A model generated the notes under the pieces. That model was given only the letters and a program-made list of their open reading frames with translations, made no database searches and was not told the origin of the DNA. Below are positions 33,659 to 44,904 of a stretch of DNA of 64,000 nt, piece by piece (positions within the stretch are counted from its first letter, which is position 1; every line of letters begins with the position of its first letter). The stretch comes from Methanobacteriota archaeon. Its GTDB lineage: Archaea; Methanobacteriota; Methanobacteria; Methanobacteriales; Methanobacteriaceae. Both the position numbers and the translations under genes were made by a program. The stretch lies in the NCBI GenBank assembly GCA_963787255.1, contig CAWBCJ010000025.1, forward strand, positions 310,398 to 374,397, read 5' to 3'.

Positions 33659-34012
33659 ATGATAGATTGGAAAGCTGTAACAATAGGTTTTATTGTTTCT
33701 CTTGTACTTGGAATATTAATTAGCTTTGTTATTCCGGTAATTGGTGGAATGATATCAACACTTGCCGCAGGTATTCTTGTTGGGTACATGGTTAATGACA
33801 GCATAAGTAATGGAGCCTTAAATGCTGCAGTAATGGGACTTTTAGGAGGATTAATTGAGTCAGTGGTTATTCTAATAGCTGGCGTTGCTCTTGCAGGGAT
33901 TGCTGGTCTTTTAATTGCAAGTCTAGGAGTTGTTGTGATTGCATTACTAACATTAATCCATATCGTTATCGCCGCAGTTGGCGGAGCAGTTGGATCTGCA
34001 ATAAAAAGTTGA
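33659..34012 (+). CDS. DUF5518-like membrane protein
   Basis: MIDWKAV..GF; G.L.G..GG repeats; GGAGG RBS. Confidence 0.75.
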   Translation: MIDWKAVTIGFIVSLVLGILISFVIPVIGGMISTLAAGILVGYMVNDSISNGALNAAVMGLLGGLIESVVILIAGVALAGIAGLLIASLGVVVIALLTLIHIVIAAVGGAVGSAIKS

Positions 34013-34310
34013 TTATTCACTAAGTACTATTTCTTTTAATCTTTTTTTCACTAAGCTGTGGATAAATAGAAATTCAAGTTAACATCTGCAAAAAGCAACT
34101 AGAATTTCAGTTTTAAAATAAAAATAAGATATAAATGAAGAATATTTATTGAACCGAATCAAGCTATTTTGACCGCAATTTCAGCTAAAAAAATATTATA
34201 ATTAAATAGGCACTAAACCATGATACAAAACAAGTATTTTTTTTTATTAATAAGTATTATTTCTTTTAAAAAAATTATAAAAAAAGATGTATATTATTTA
34301 TGTTACATCT

Positions 34311-35531
34311 TTAGTCTTTAGTAAGGAATCGTTCTACAAATTTCGCGTAAACTGGTCGTGTGATAAATATTCCTATTAACACACCAAGAATTGTAGTGAA
34401 TGCGAAACCGGAAAGAATTCCTATTCCTGTATAACCTCTTGAAAATCCTACATAAGCTAAAGGAAGCATTGCAGCGATTAAAGTTGCAGCAGAAGCGAAT
34501 ATAATGAAGAAAGCTCCTTTAATTTTTACTTTCATTCTTGTCCTGCTTCGTCTACCTTTTTGCTTTTTATCTCCTTTAAGAACCTCATCGGTTATAATAA
34601 TCTGATCGTCTACGCCCGTACCAATTGCAGCTAAGATACCTGCTATGGCTGCTAAATCTATATTCCACCTTACAACTGATGCAACACCTAATATTAGAAT
34701 AAGTTCTGCAATACTGGTGGCAATAATTGGAAGAACCAGCATAGGATTCCTGTATCTAATGAATATAATAACAGAAACCACAATCAAAGCTAGTAAACCA
34801 GCTATTAAAGCACCATTCTGGAACTGTTCTCCAAGTTCTGCAGATACACTGCTTATTCCTACAATTTGAACCTTAACCGGTAATGCACCTGACTGTAGAA
34901 TTGTTTGAATAGATTTTGCCTGATTTTCTGCTTCCAGTTTTGTAGCTTCTGAACCTGAAACTTCAACATCTGTAGTTGGTACACCATTTGCAAGTCCTTC
35001 ACTTAGACTTGGTGATGAAACAAGTTTGTCGTCAAGATACATGTCTACAGGAGCTCCAGCTTGTCCTTTTGCAACCTGTGCAAACCTATTTGCGCCTTCT
35101 ACTGATACTTTGAATGGAACACTCCATTGAGTTCCAGTAACTTGATAGGGACTAACAGTTACAATATCTGAACCAGTTAATGCAGTTTGATTATTTATCT
35201 TAGCCTCGAATTTACCCGGCGTCCCTACAATATTTGCAACTTCTTCAGGTTTAACACCAGCAATCTCAACAATTACATCCTGATTTCCACTTGCTCGGAC
35301 TTTCACGTCTTTTACACCAAACGCGTTAAGCCGTTTATCCAATACAGTTGTGACCTTGCTCATGGTGTCTTGATCAACTGGCTGATCTAAATGTATTTGA
35401 ATTATAGAACCGCCCCTTAAATCAAGACCTTGCTGTATCCCATAAGCTGAAATTGCAGCTAAACTTCCAATTACAAGAACGATAAGCAGAATTACTCGAT
35501 AATCCTTTAAGAAATCCATTATGTCACTCAT
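34311..35531 (-). CDS. secD: Protein translocase subunit SecD
   Basis: [24 protein letters not shown]. Confidence 0.93.
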   Translation of the reverse strand: MSDIMDFLKDYRVILLIVLVIGSLAAISAYGIQQGLDLRGGSIIQIHLDQPVDQDTMSKVTTVLDKRLNAFGVKDVKVRASGNQDVIVEIAGVKPEEVANIVGTPGKFEAKINNQTALTGSDIVTVSPYQVTGTQWSVPFKVSVEGANRFAQVAKGQAGAPVDMYLDDKLVSSPSLSEGLANGVPTTDVEVSGSEATKLEAENQAKSIQTILQSGALPVKVQIVGISSVSAELGEQFQNGALIAGLLALIVVSVIIFIRYRNPMLVLPIIATSIAELILILGVASVVRWNIDLAAIAGILAAIGTGVDDQIIITDEVLKGDKKQKGRRSRTRMKVKIKGAFFIIFASAATLIAAMLPLAYVGFSRGYTGIGILSGFAFTTILGVLIGIFITRPVYAKFVERFLTKD

Positions 35532-36370
35532 CTGCGACCACTCTCCATGTACCATCTAAGAATTCCAAGATTCATGAGCCAAGTAGCCAGAACGTCAGCT
35601 ACAAGTCCAATAATCAAAACAGCTGCAATATTTGACAGTGCTTCAGCAGAAGGGATGAAAAATACAGTTACAATGTATAACGCTGCCATTGCACCAATAG
35701 CTGCAGCAGCCATGGTTAAACCTGTTTTCATCGCATCCAATGCTCTTTCTGTGATTGTTCCTTCTCTACGTTTTAATACACGAGTTGTAAGCAAAATATC
35801 TGTATCCACACTATAACCAATAAGCAGAAGCAGTCCACCTACAGATGCAAGTGAAAGAGGAATTCCAAATAAAGACATTCCAGCAGCTGCAATAATAATA
35901 TCAGATAATGCAGCAAATATAACCGCCAATGAAGGCACCAAATTCCGGAATATTATAAATACAGTAATAGACATGAATATAAAGGCAATAGCCAATGCCC
36001 AATAAACCTGATTTAATGCTTGCGCGCTTAAAACCGGACCAATAGATCTATAACTCGCTATTGATGCCGTTCCATTTAAAATTTTAGTAAATGTTACAAC
36101 ATCAGTGGCCCCTCCAATTGTTAAAGTTGCAGTAGTGCCGTTAAAATTGTTTATAGTCACTTCATTTGTATTGAGCCCATTTTCAATTAGGCCTTCAAGT
36201 TGAGATTGATCTATAGGTTTTTCAAGATTTATAGTAGTTATAGTACCTCCCTTTAAATCAATCCCCTGATTTAAACCATTAAATGCAAGAATAGCCAATG
36301 CAAGAATAGTTATAATAACTGGAATTGCAATCAATGGTTTATAAGACTCCATTATCTGTTCTATTTTCAT
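35528..36370 (-). CDS. secF: Protein translocase subunit SecF
   Basis: [18 protein letters not shown]; overlaps the secD start. Confidence 0.93.
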   Translation of the reverse strand: MKIEQIMESYKPLIAIPVIITILALAILAFNGLNQGIDLKGGTITTINLEKPIDQSQLEGLIENGLNTNEVTINNFNGTTATLTIGGATDVVTFTKILNGTASIASYRSIGPVLSAQALNQVYWALAIAFIFMSITVFIIFRNLVPSLAVIFAALSDIIIAAAGMSLFGIPLSLASVGGLLLLIGYSVDTDILLTTRVLKRREGTITERALDAMKTGLTMAAAAIGAMAALYIVTVFFIPSAEALSNIAAVLIIGLVADVLATWLMNLGILRWYMESGRR

Positions 36371-36380
36371 TAAACCACCT

Positions 36381-36875
36381 TTATGATTCATAAATTTTTA
36401 AATCCATTTCTTCAATTATTCTCTTTACTTCATTATTTATTTCATACATTTGCTTACCAGCAGTTTTTATTAAAAAGGAAGTTACCATTCTTCCTCCTCT
36501 TACTTCAATTTTTTCTTTCATTCTTTCAATTGTTTTTCCGCCACCGGATCCTCCAAGGGTAGCAAATAATATTACATCTTTACCTTGAAAATTACATTTA
36601 TCTATAAGCGAGATTATAGCTGGCGAAGGTTTCCCAGCCCATACTGGAGTTCCCACATATACCAGGCCGTAAGGGCTTAGATCAACTGATGAAGGGCTTA
36701 TTTTAGTCTTATTTTCTCTAAATGCATCTACCGATGCGTTTATATAATTTAAAGTACTGTTTCTGGACTTTAAATCCTTTATTTCTATTATATCTGCTTC
36801 AAGTTCTTTGGCAAGAGTTCTTGCAGCTTCAGCAGTCTTTCCTGTTCTAGAATAATAAAGAATTATGGTTTTCAT
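36381..36875 (-). CDS. Flavodoxin family protein
   Basis: [20 protein letters not shown]. Confidence 0.85.
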   Translation of the reverse strand: MKTIILYYSRTGKTAEAARTLAKELEADIIEIKDLKSRNSTLNYINASVDAFRENKTKISPSSVDLSPYGLVYVGTPVWAGKPSPAIISLIDKCNFQGKDVILFATLGGSGGGKTIERMKEKIEVRGGRMVTSFLIKTAGKQMYEINNEVKRIIEEMDLKIYES

Positions 36876-37021
36876 TAAAATACACCAATTTTTGTATTAA
36901 TTTATTTGTATATTAAAATTATCGTATTAGAGTCTAAAGAATTATTTTACATATCATATATACTTAAATTTTTCAAATCTATATAAAAAATTTAATATAT
37001 ATTATGAAAGTTTTTCAAGCT

Positions 37022-38032
37022 TTATGGATGCAGTCCTACGATATCTATAGATTCTTTTTCTGGAAATCCAAACATTATATTCATATTTTGAATAGCCTGC
37101 CCTGATGCTCCTTTAACCAGATTATCAATTGCAGATACAACAACAATTCTTCCATTAATGTCTATCTGGAAGCATCCGATGTCACAGTAATTTGAACCTC
37201 TAACTGCACTTAATCTAGGTATTTCATCAAGATCTAATATCCTTACGAACGGTTCTCCTTTATAAAATACTTTATAAGCTTCTTGGACTTGTTCAGATGT
37301 TACATCTTCCTTTAAAAAAGTGTGAACAGTGGTTAAAATACCTCGAATTACCGGTACAAGATGTGGAGTGAATGAAACTTTAACATCTCCTAATTTAGAT
37401 ACTTCCTGTTGAATTTCAGGCATGTGCCGATGGGTTGTTACAGCATAAGGAATAATATTGTCACTGCAATTCGGGAAATGAGTAATATCTGTAGGCTTAA
37501 TCCCAGCACCGCTAACACCAGACTTTGAATCAACAATAACATTTTCCACTAAATTTTCCTTTGCCAGGGGCAGTGTTGCTAAAATAGCACCAGTTGGGAA
37601 ACATCCAGGATTAGCTACAAGATTAGAATTCTTTATTTCCTCACGGTAAACTTCAGGAAGTCCGTAAACAGCATCAAGAGGGGCTAAATGTTGTAACCCA
37701 TACCATTTCTCATAAATAGAGATGTCATCAAAACGATAATCACCGCTTAAATCCACTACATTAATATCTCTTTCAATTAAATCTGGGATAATGTCCATGG
37801 ATGCTCCATGAGGCGTTGCAGTAAATACTAAATCCGCATCAATATTTTCCGGTGCAACATCCTTAAATTTGAGTTGTTCACCTCTTAAATGAGGATGGAC
37901 CTTTGATACATTAATCCCATTATACTGCCTTGACGTTGCGGCTTTAATATTCACGCTTTGATGATTTTTTAAAAATCGCAGCAGTTCTCCTCCAGTATAA
38001 CCACTTGCTCCAATTATAGCTACATCAATCAT
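37022..38032 (-). CDS. argC: N-acetyl-gamma-glutamyl-phosphate reductase
   Basis: [33 protein letters not shown]. Confidence 0.96.
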   Translation of the reverse strand: MIDVAIIGASGYTGGELLRFLKNHQSVNIKAATSRQYNGINVSKVHPHLRGEQLKFKDVAPENIDADLVFTATPHGASMDIIPDLIERDINVVDLSGDYRFDDISIYEKWYGLQHLAPLDAVYGLPEVYREEIKNSNLVANPGCFPTGAILATLPLAKENLVENVIVDSKSGVSGAGIKPTDITHFPNCSDNIIPYAVTTHRHMPEIQQEVSKLGDVKVSFTPHLVPVIRGILTTVHTFLKEDVTSEQVQEAYKVFYKGEPFVRILDLDEIPRLSAVRGSNYCDIGCFQIDINGRIVVVSAIDNLVKGASGQAIQNMNIMFGFPEKESIDIVGLHP

Positions 38033-38603
38033 ATATTCTTCACCTAAATCCTTTCTTTTGTTGAGTTTTATAATATTAATTGTGATCTAAACAATATAAT
38101 AATATGTGAATTTTAAAAAATATATTTCATCTTTTTTATATTAAATAAGATATAGATAATCTGAATATAAAGTCAACATTTTCATTCATTTTAACCATAG
38201 AGATTAGTTTTCAGTTAGGAAATGATTAAGATACATAATATTTGGATTTTTTTATTTTTATATAAGTTATAAATCTTTTAATGGCATTACTGTCCCAGGC
38301 ATAATCGTATGAAGATTCTTATCTGGAATTAGATGGCTTTAAATAAAAAAATTATTTATGAATATGCCTTTTTCATACCCTAACCTTTAAATTATTCTAT
38401 TTTTAGTTTAAATCCCATTAATATATCTAAAGGCAATCTCTAACCTTTTAAAATATTCTATTTCACTTTAGGTATTTCATAACTTAAAGTAAGGTTAACC
38501 TTCATCACATGATATTTCATAGTATTTTTAAAACACTTTTTTAATGCTTTAAATCAAAATCAAGCTTTTTAAAATGCTTTTTGACACTTTTTTTTTCGGA
38601 ACC

Positions 38604-38682
38604 TTTATATAGTATGTTGACAAACTACTGCCTACCCCGAAAAATACGCTTTAAGTGTATTTTTATGATTGGGGATCGGAGG
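38604..38682 (+). promoter_or_regulatory. TATA box and stem-loop 5' leader of the surface protein gene
   Basis: TTTATATA at 38604; CCCC..AAAAATACGCT-TTA-AGTGTATTTTT..GGGG hairpin; GGAGG at 38678. Confidence 0.5.
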
Positions 38683-40842
38683 CGGTATAATTACGAAGAA
38701 ACTGTTATTTGTTGCTCTATTGATCGCCAGTTTATCTCTTGGCGGTATAGCCACTTCGAGCGCTGCAGAGGTAGATGCAACACAAATACAAACTTCAAAT
38801 ACCAACACTTTAATTAAAAATGAAAAAACTCAATCAAAAAGTGAAAATATTTCAGAAAATTCAACCAAAACGCAAAAATCGGTTGATGAAAGTGTTAAAA
38901 CGGTCCAAAAGACCGATAACAAAAAACAAGTAACTACAGAAAATACGGACATAGTAAAAAATGAGGAAACTAAGACCTCTAAGAGTTCAACTATCGTTCA
39001 AAAATCTAAAAATGTAGTTAAAACTAATGTTGCAAGTAGTTCAACAGCAAAGCAAGAGAATATTAATGATACAATTAACATTCAAAAATGCACTGTACAA
39101 AATAACGTAGACAATAAAGTCAACGTTTGTGCTGATGAAGCTTCTGTTAAAACTAGTGAAATAACAAAAACAGCTGAAACTCAAGTACCGCTAAATAACG
39201 ATACAACAGTAACTAATTCAATTAACAATTCAATAATCAATTCAGTTAACAATTCAATAACCAATTCAGTTAACAATTCAACAAATCCAGTAAACAACCA
39301 ATCTACAACTAATGATACAACAAATTATAATGAATATTATGACGCAGCTGCAGGAGACACAACCTCTCCATCAATAACCACATCTACACCAACAACAACT
39401 TTCACCGTAGCTCAAATAAAGGACGCATCATCCAGAGTAAGAGCATACATCGAAAACAATCACCAATTACCAAGCTACGTACAAATATCAACATATCAGA
39501 TTAACATGTCCCAGTTTTTGGAAATGTTAACTTCAGCATTACTACAGATTAACAGTGGAACAAACAATCCTATAGTATGTAAAGTCATTCACTGCTCCTA
39601 CAAGTCCACAAGACAACATTCGTACAGGAAATATTCCTAAATCAGAATATCTAAAGATTGCAAACGACATCAAAAACTACATGGACACTAATGGAAAAAC
39701 ACCAGACTACGCATACCAGACAAGTCTGGGAACATACCTTGGATACCAAAACCTGGTCTACATGTACAGCATGATCCTAGATTACCACAAAACCAGTGGT
39801 AAGATGGCAGATTTCGCAATGATGAAACCATGGTCAGCTGTTAAGATAGCTGCATCTGGAACAGCAGGTGATCCATCTGTAGCTCCTACAACACTCACAA
39901 ATGCTCCAAATGGAACATCTTTTACTGTAACTCAGATAAAAGACGCATCATCCAGAGTAAGAGCATACATCGAAAACAATAAAAAATTACCTACATCTGT
40001 GCAAATATCATCATATCAGATTAACATGTCCCAGTTTTTGGAAATGTTAACTTCAGCATTACTACAGATTAACAGTGGAACAAACAATCCTATAGTTGTA
40101 AAGTCATTCACTGCTCCTACAAGTCCACAAGACAACATTCGTACAGGAAATATTCCTAAATCAGAATACTTAAAGATTGCAAACGACATCAAAAACTACA
40201 TGGACACTAATGGAAAAACACCAGACTACGCATACAAAACAAGCCTAGGAACATACCTTGGATACCAAAACCTGGTCTACATGTACAGCATGATCCTAGA
40301 TTACCACAAAACCAGTGGTAAGATGGCAGATTTCGCAATGATGAAACCATGGTCAGTTGTACTTGGTGGATCTAGTGTTCCTGCAGATTTACAGCAATAC
40401 ATTGCAGCAACTGCAAACTGTCAAGTAAACGATGGTAGTATCAACGCACTGGCATATTCAATTACAGTAGGTTCAACTTCCCAATATGATAAGGCAGTAA
40501 GAATATTTAACTGGGTAAGAGACAACTTAAGTTACTCATTCTACTACAACACCAAGTATGGTGCAGTAGGTGCAATGAATGCAAGAACAGGTAACTGTGT
40601 TGACACAGCCCACCTTCATAGTAGCTCTTGAAAGGGCAGCTGGAATTCCAGCACGATATGAGCATCTTTATGCTCAGTTTTCAAGTGGTTCTTGGTATGG
40701 ACACGTTATTGCTCAAGTTTGGGTAGATGGTAAATGGTACAATGCAGATGGATCAAGTAATTACAATACATTTGGTGCAATAAATAACTGGAATACAGGT
40801 ACAGCAACAATCTACGGAACATATGTTTCATTGCCTTTCTAG
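38669..40842 (+). CDS. Secreted pseudomurein-binding-repeat protein with C-terminal transglutaminase-like domain (frameshifts near 39577 and 40615)
   Basis: Signal peptide, T/N/S-rich linker, repeated A.RV..YIE.N..LP..V.I repeats, triad GNCVD / GHV.AQ / WYNADG. Confidence 0.85.
39215..39280 (+). repeat. 12-bp coding tandem repeat ([16 protein letters not shown])
   Basis: AATTCA(A/G)T.A.C units repeated about 6 times. Confidence 0.7.
39422..40356 (+). repeat. Near-identical intragenic duplication, about 415 bp (39422-39837 and 39942-40356)
   Basis: GACGCATCATCCAGAGTAAGAGC...AAACCATGGTCAG occurs twice, offset 519-520 bp. Confidence 0.9.
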
Positions 40843-41030
40843 GCAAAAAGCATATACTCTTTTTTTTATTTTTTAAAAATTAATCATTAAAAATAAACTA
40901 TTTATTTAAAACTAAAAATTCTACTAATTTTATTAATCTATATATTATCATAATTTAAAGAAAAAAAAATAATTTTTATTATAAATAATATAGTTTTGAA
41001 TTCCACTATTTAAAACAAAATTAAAGGAAT

Positions 41031-41912
41031 TTAAGAAGTAATCATAGTTCCTATTCCCTTTTTAGTAAATATTTCAAGTAATATTGAATGTTTTATTCTT
41101 CCATCAATTATATGTGCTGATGAAACCCCATCTTCTATAGCTTTTATGCACGTAAAAGTTTTAGGAAGCATTCCCTCAGTAATAATTCCATTTTTTATTA
41201 GTTCCCCTATTTCATCAACCTTTATTTTTCTTAATAGAGAATCAGGATCTGTAGGGTCTTCAAGAATTCCCGGAACATCAGTTAATATAATTAACTTTTC
41301 TGAGTCAATTTTAGATGCAATATCACCCGCTACAGTATCTGCGTTTAAATTCAACGCTTCACCTTTATTATCAACACCAATAGGTGAAATTATTGGAACA
41401 TAGTCATTCATAGTTAAAACATCAATAATGTCTGGATTTATGGATTTTATTTCTCCTACAAGTCCTAAGTCTACCATTTTTTCTTCGCCGGTGTCGTTAT
41501 TTACAATTACGTGAGGCGCTTTTTTATCAGCTTCTATGAGGCGGCTGTCTTTTCCAGAAAGTCCAACTCCCTTTCCACCGTGCAAGCATATTTTTGAAAC
41601 AATTTCAGTGTTAATTTTACCTACTAAAACCATTTTAACTATGTCCATGGTTTCTTTGTCTGTTATCCTTAGCCCTTCAATGAATTCGGGCTCTTTACCG
41701 ATTTTAGCCATTGCCCTTGAAATTTCGGGCCCGCCTCCATGAACTACAACTGGTTCCATGCCCACATATTTCAAAAGAACTGTATCTCTGGCTGTAGATT
41801 CCATGGCACCTTCATCTATCATAGCGTGGCCGCCGTATTTTATGAGAATCTTTTTTTTGTGAAATTTTTTAATGTAAGGCAGTGCTTCAATTAAAATATT
41901 GACTGTTTCCAT
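41031..41912 (-). CDS. argB: Acetylglutamate kinase
   Basis: [27 protein letters not shown]. Confidence 0.96.
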   Translation of the reverse strand: METVNILIEALPYIKKFHKKKILIKYGGHAMIDEGAMESTARDTVLLKYVGMEPVVVHGGGPEISRAMAKIGKEPEFIEGLRITDKETMDIVKMVLVGKINTEIVSKICLHGGKGVGLSGKDSRLIEADKKAPHVIVNNDTGEEKMVDLGLVGEIKSINPDIIDVLTMNDYVPIISPIGVDNKGEALNLNADTVAGDIASKIDSEKLIILTDVPGILEDPTDPDSLLRKIKVDEIGELIKNGIITEGMLPKTFTCIKAIEDGVSSAHIIDGRIKHSILLEIFTKKGIGTMITS

Positions 41913-42024
41913 TCTAAATCACCGCTTAAAATATATTTTTTTTTATCCTATAAAATTATGAATTTAATTATTTAATTCTTTTTTATTAATAATAATCTTT
42001 ATGCAATGCTTAAAAAAAGGAGGG

Positions 42025-43218
42025 TTATGTAGAATACTCAGAATTAATTTTAACGTAACCACAACTTAAATCACACCCATAGGCTGTTGCAGAATGCTCA
42101 CCAAGGTTTAAATCAATGATAATTCTTACTTCATCATTTTTCATTATCTTTTCTGCCATTTCAAGCTCCTTTGATTTTAGAGATGCCAAGATTGAACCTT
42201 TTTTAACTATTTCAACCTTTTCATTTTCAGATTGAAAGGTGATATTTACTTTTTTTTCATCTATTTGGGCACCTGAATATCCAACTGCAGCTATTACTCT
42301 GCCCCAGTTAGGATCTGCTCCAAAAAGAGCTGTTTTTACAAGTGAAGAACCAATGATTGCCTTAGTTGCTGTTTTTGCATCTTCTTGGGATATAGCGCCA
42401 TTTACAGTGACTTCCATGTATTTTGTGGCTCCTTCTCCATCTTTGGCCATCATTTTAGCAAGTTCGATGCAAACAAAATCTAAAGCTTCCTGGAATTTTT
42501 CGTCTATTTTTCCTGATTTTCCATTAGACAGTAATATAACCGTGTCATTGGTGCTTTCATCACCGTCAACAACAACCATGTTAAATGATTTATCAACTGC
42601 TATTTTAAGTGCTTTATTCAACTCATCTACAGATGCATTAATGTCGGTGGTAATAAAACAGAGCATGGTACCCATATTGGGAGCAATCATTCCTGATCCC
42701 TTGGTAATACCACCAATTTTGGCCATATTACCATCATTTAGCATGGTTTGAACCGCTATCTCTTTAGAATAAGTATCTGTGGTCATTATAGCCTCTGCTG
42801 CTTCAAAAGATGCTTCAGGAGAATTTTCAAGTGTTTCAATAGATTCATCTATTAATTGTTTTATAATGTCCATTGGCATTTCTCTGCCTATAATTCCAGT
42901 AGATGCAACAGCTACATCTTCTGATTTAATATTTAACTTACGGGCAACTTCTTCTGCCATAAATTTTGCATTTTTAAGACCTTCTTCGCCGGTAAAGCAG
43001 TTTGCGTTACCGCTGTTAGCTACAATTGCTGAAATTTTACCGTCCTTAATCGCTTCTTTGGTATGAATAACCGGTGCTGCAATAATTTTATTGGAAGTAA
43101 ACACTGCAGAAGCCTTATTTTCCTTGCTGACTATAACGGTTACTCCATATTTCCCTTTTCGGGATCCTGAAGCTAAAACACCGTCTACAGTGCATATTCC
43201 TCCTTTTATAATTTCCAT
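42025..43218 (-). CDS. argJ: Ornithine acetyltransferase / N-acetylglutamate synthase
   Basis: [37 protein letters not shown]. Confidence 0.95.
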   Translation of the reverse strand: MEIIKGGICTVDGVLASGSRKGKYGVTVIVSKENKASAVFTSNKIIAAPVIHTKEAIKDGKISAIVANSGNANCFTGEEGLKNAKFMAEEVARKLNIKSEDVAVASTGIIGREMPMDIIKQLIDESIETLENSPEASFEAAEAIMTTDTYSKEIAVQTMLNDGNMAKIGGITKGSGMIAPNMGTMLCFITTDINASVDELNKALKIAVDKSFNMVVVDGDESTNDTVILLSNGKSGKIDEKFQEALDFVCIELAKMMAKDGEGATKYMEVTVNGAISQEDAKTATKAIIGSSLVKTALFGADPNWGRVIAAVGYSGAQIDEKKVNITFQSENEKVEIVKKGSILASLKSKELEMAEKIMKNDEVRIIIDLNLGEHSATAYGCDLSCGYVKINSEYST

Positions 43219-43278
43219 AAAAATATATCTCCATGTATTATAAGTTGTAACTATAAAATTTGAAAAAATAGTCCAATA

Positions 43279-43563
43279 TTAAGGATTTGAAGTATTAGTG
43301 ATGTTACTAGTGCTTTTGTTTTCTATATAAATTGATTCTGAATTTGTGTTATCGGGGTTGGTAGTGGTTTGGGGTTCTGTATGAGTGTTTACATTTTTTG
43401 TAGATTGAATTTGAGGCATTTCCTGAGTATTATTAACTTTTGTAGTGTTTGGAGTATCATTTTGGGATAAACCCATTACTATTCCTGCTCCTGACCCACA
43501 CCCAAAGGCAATTAAAGCTATTATCAATGCAATTATTGCTTTCGCTTCTGTTTCCGGCTTCAT
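43279..43563 (-). CDS. Small membrane-anchored T/N-rich protein
   Basis: N-terminal TM helix followed by a low-complexity tail. Confidence 0.6.
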   Translation of the reverse strand: MKPETEAKAIIALIIALIAFGCGSGAGIVMGLSQNDTPNTTKVNNTQEMPQIQSTKNVNTHTEPQTTTNPDNTNSESIYIENKSTSNITNTSNP

Positions 43564-43657
43564 GATACCACTCTATTTTTCCTTCTTTTGTCTTTTTCAT
43601 TAAATATGACCATAACTAACTTTTATTATATTGATTTTTTTTGGGATTCAATTTCAT

Positions 43658-44863
43658 CTAAGTTGCCACTGCATACAAAAGGGCTAAAAATATGGATATT
43701 ACTCCAAATTCCCAATATCCAACACTCCATCCCACGAAAGTAGCTACAAATACGAAGATGAATATTAAAAATGCCTTGGCTTTTCCATTCATTAAAAAAT
43801 CCATGACTGCCTTGGTGAATTCTGATGGAATATAATATGCATAAGTTCCATCTGCAATGTCAAAGACCATTACTGGACTGTTATTCCAAACTTTAATTCC
43901 GTCGGCCATTTGGGCTCGTTCTCCAGATTCTCGCCTGCTTTTCCCGATTCCTGCCCTTAATCTTGCGCCGTGATTTAAAGCATGCCATGCCGAATCAATA
44001 CCCGCTCTTAATGCTGCATCCTTTGTCGGTAAATTGGCGACTAAATCATCGCCACCTTCCCTGTAACCTTCAATTTTACCGTCACATTCTTTTTCAATGA
44101 AATTTTTAATTCCAGTCATTATTTCAACAAGCTTGTCACGCCCGTTTTCTTCTATAAATTTTGTAGAGTCAATTATATCAATAAATAAGTAATTATCATA
44201 AACTGCCGGGGTTCCCTTGGGTGTTTCAATTTTTGCAGAAAATACTATTGCAAACTCGCCTCCAAGCTTGGTAAATCCAACTCCTGCACTTTCCCCAATT
44301 TGTTTGTTTAAATTAATTGCTCTTTCGATGGCTGCTGCACCTGTCATTCCAACTGAAGCCCTTACATGAGTATTCTTTTCCATACCCAGCCCTATTAGCT
44401 CAATTGCAACCCTTATTGCATCGTTTTTTGAAAGAAGCTTGGCTACAATTTCAGATCGACTTTGTTCGATAATTGTACCCTTTTCTTTTTTAATAATGCT
44501 TGCAAATTCTCTGATAATGGGATCCTTTTCAAAAACTTCGATATAGAGATATCGGTCGCTTCCCATTATAATGTTGCTTAAAAGTGCATATTCATCTACC
44601 TTATTTTCTGCAGGCTCTATTTCTATGAATTTTCTACCTTCAGGAATGTTTTCAGTTCCAACTTCTTTTACCAGGTTTTGGAAAATGTTTTGGGTCGTAA
44701 TATGTGCACGATCAACTTCCAGGAGCATTGTTCGAGTGTAATTAATCATTTCTACGTATTCTCGTTCCCTGTCGTTGGTTGGGTAGTATTTGGTGCCTAT
44801 GCTTAGTACTTTTGATTTAACAAAAAATCCAAAAAGGCCTCTTATTAGATAATCCATGACCAT
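43658..44863 (-). CDS. Membrane-anchored nucleotidyl-cyclase/GGDD palm-fold protein
   Basis: YLFIDIIDSTKF and REGGDDLVA...LRAGIG; a degenerate N-terminal copy of the domain; two C-terminal TM helices. Confidence 0.65.
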   Translation of the reverse strand: MVMDYLIRGLFGFFVKSKVLSIGTKYYPTNDREREYVEMINYTRTMLLEVDRAHITTQNIFQNLVKEVGTENIPEGRKFIEIEPAENKVDEYALLSNIIMGSDRYLYIEVFEKDPIIREFASIIKKEKGTIIEQSRSEIVAKLLSKNDAIRVAIELIGLGMEKNTHVRASVGMTGAAAIERAINLNKQIGESAGVGFTKLGGEFAIVFSAKIETPKGTPAVYDNYLFIDIIDSTKFIEENGRDKLVEIMTGIKNFIEKECDGKIEGYREGGDDLVANLPTKDAALRAGIDSAWHALNHGARLRAGIGKSRRESGERAQMADGIKVWNNSPVMVFDIADGTYAYYIPSEFTKAVMDFLMNGKAKAFLIFIFVFVATFVGWSVGYWEFGVISIFLALLYAVAT

Positions 44864-44904
44864 TTTAATGTTATCCTCCTTAAGTAAGAAGATGAATTTA
44901 ATAT

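Noticed and set aside
39215-40356. Repeats considered as a CRISPR array or a DGR template/variable pair
   Set aside because: They are in-frame coding repeats with no unique spacers and no cas or reverse transcriptase gene; the differences are not adenine-specific.
43658-44863. Calling this gene cas10 or a canonical diguanylate cyclase
   Set aside because: No HD domain, no cas neighbours or array, too short for Cas10, and the motif is GGDDL with a class-III-like FIDI..ST; kept only as cyclase-like.
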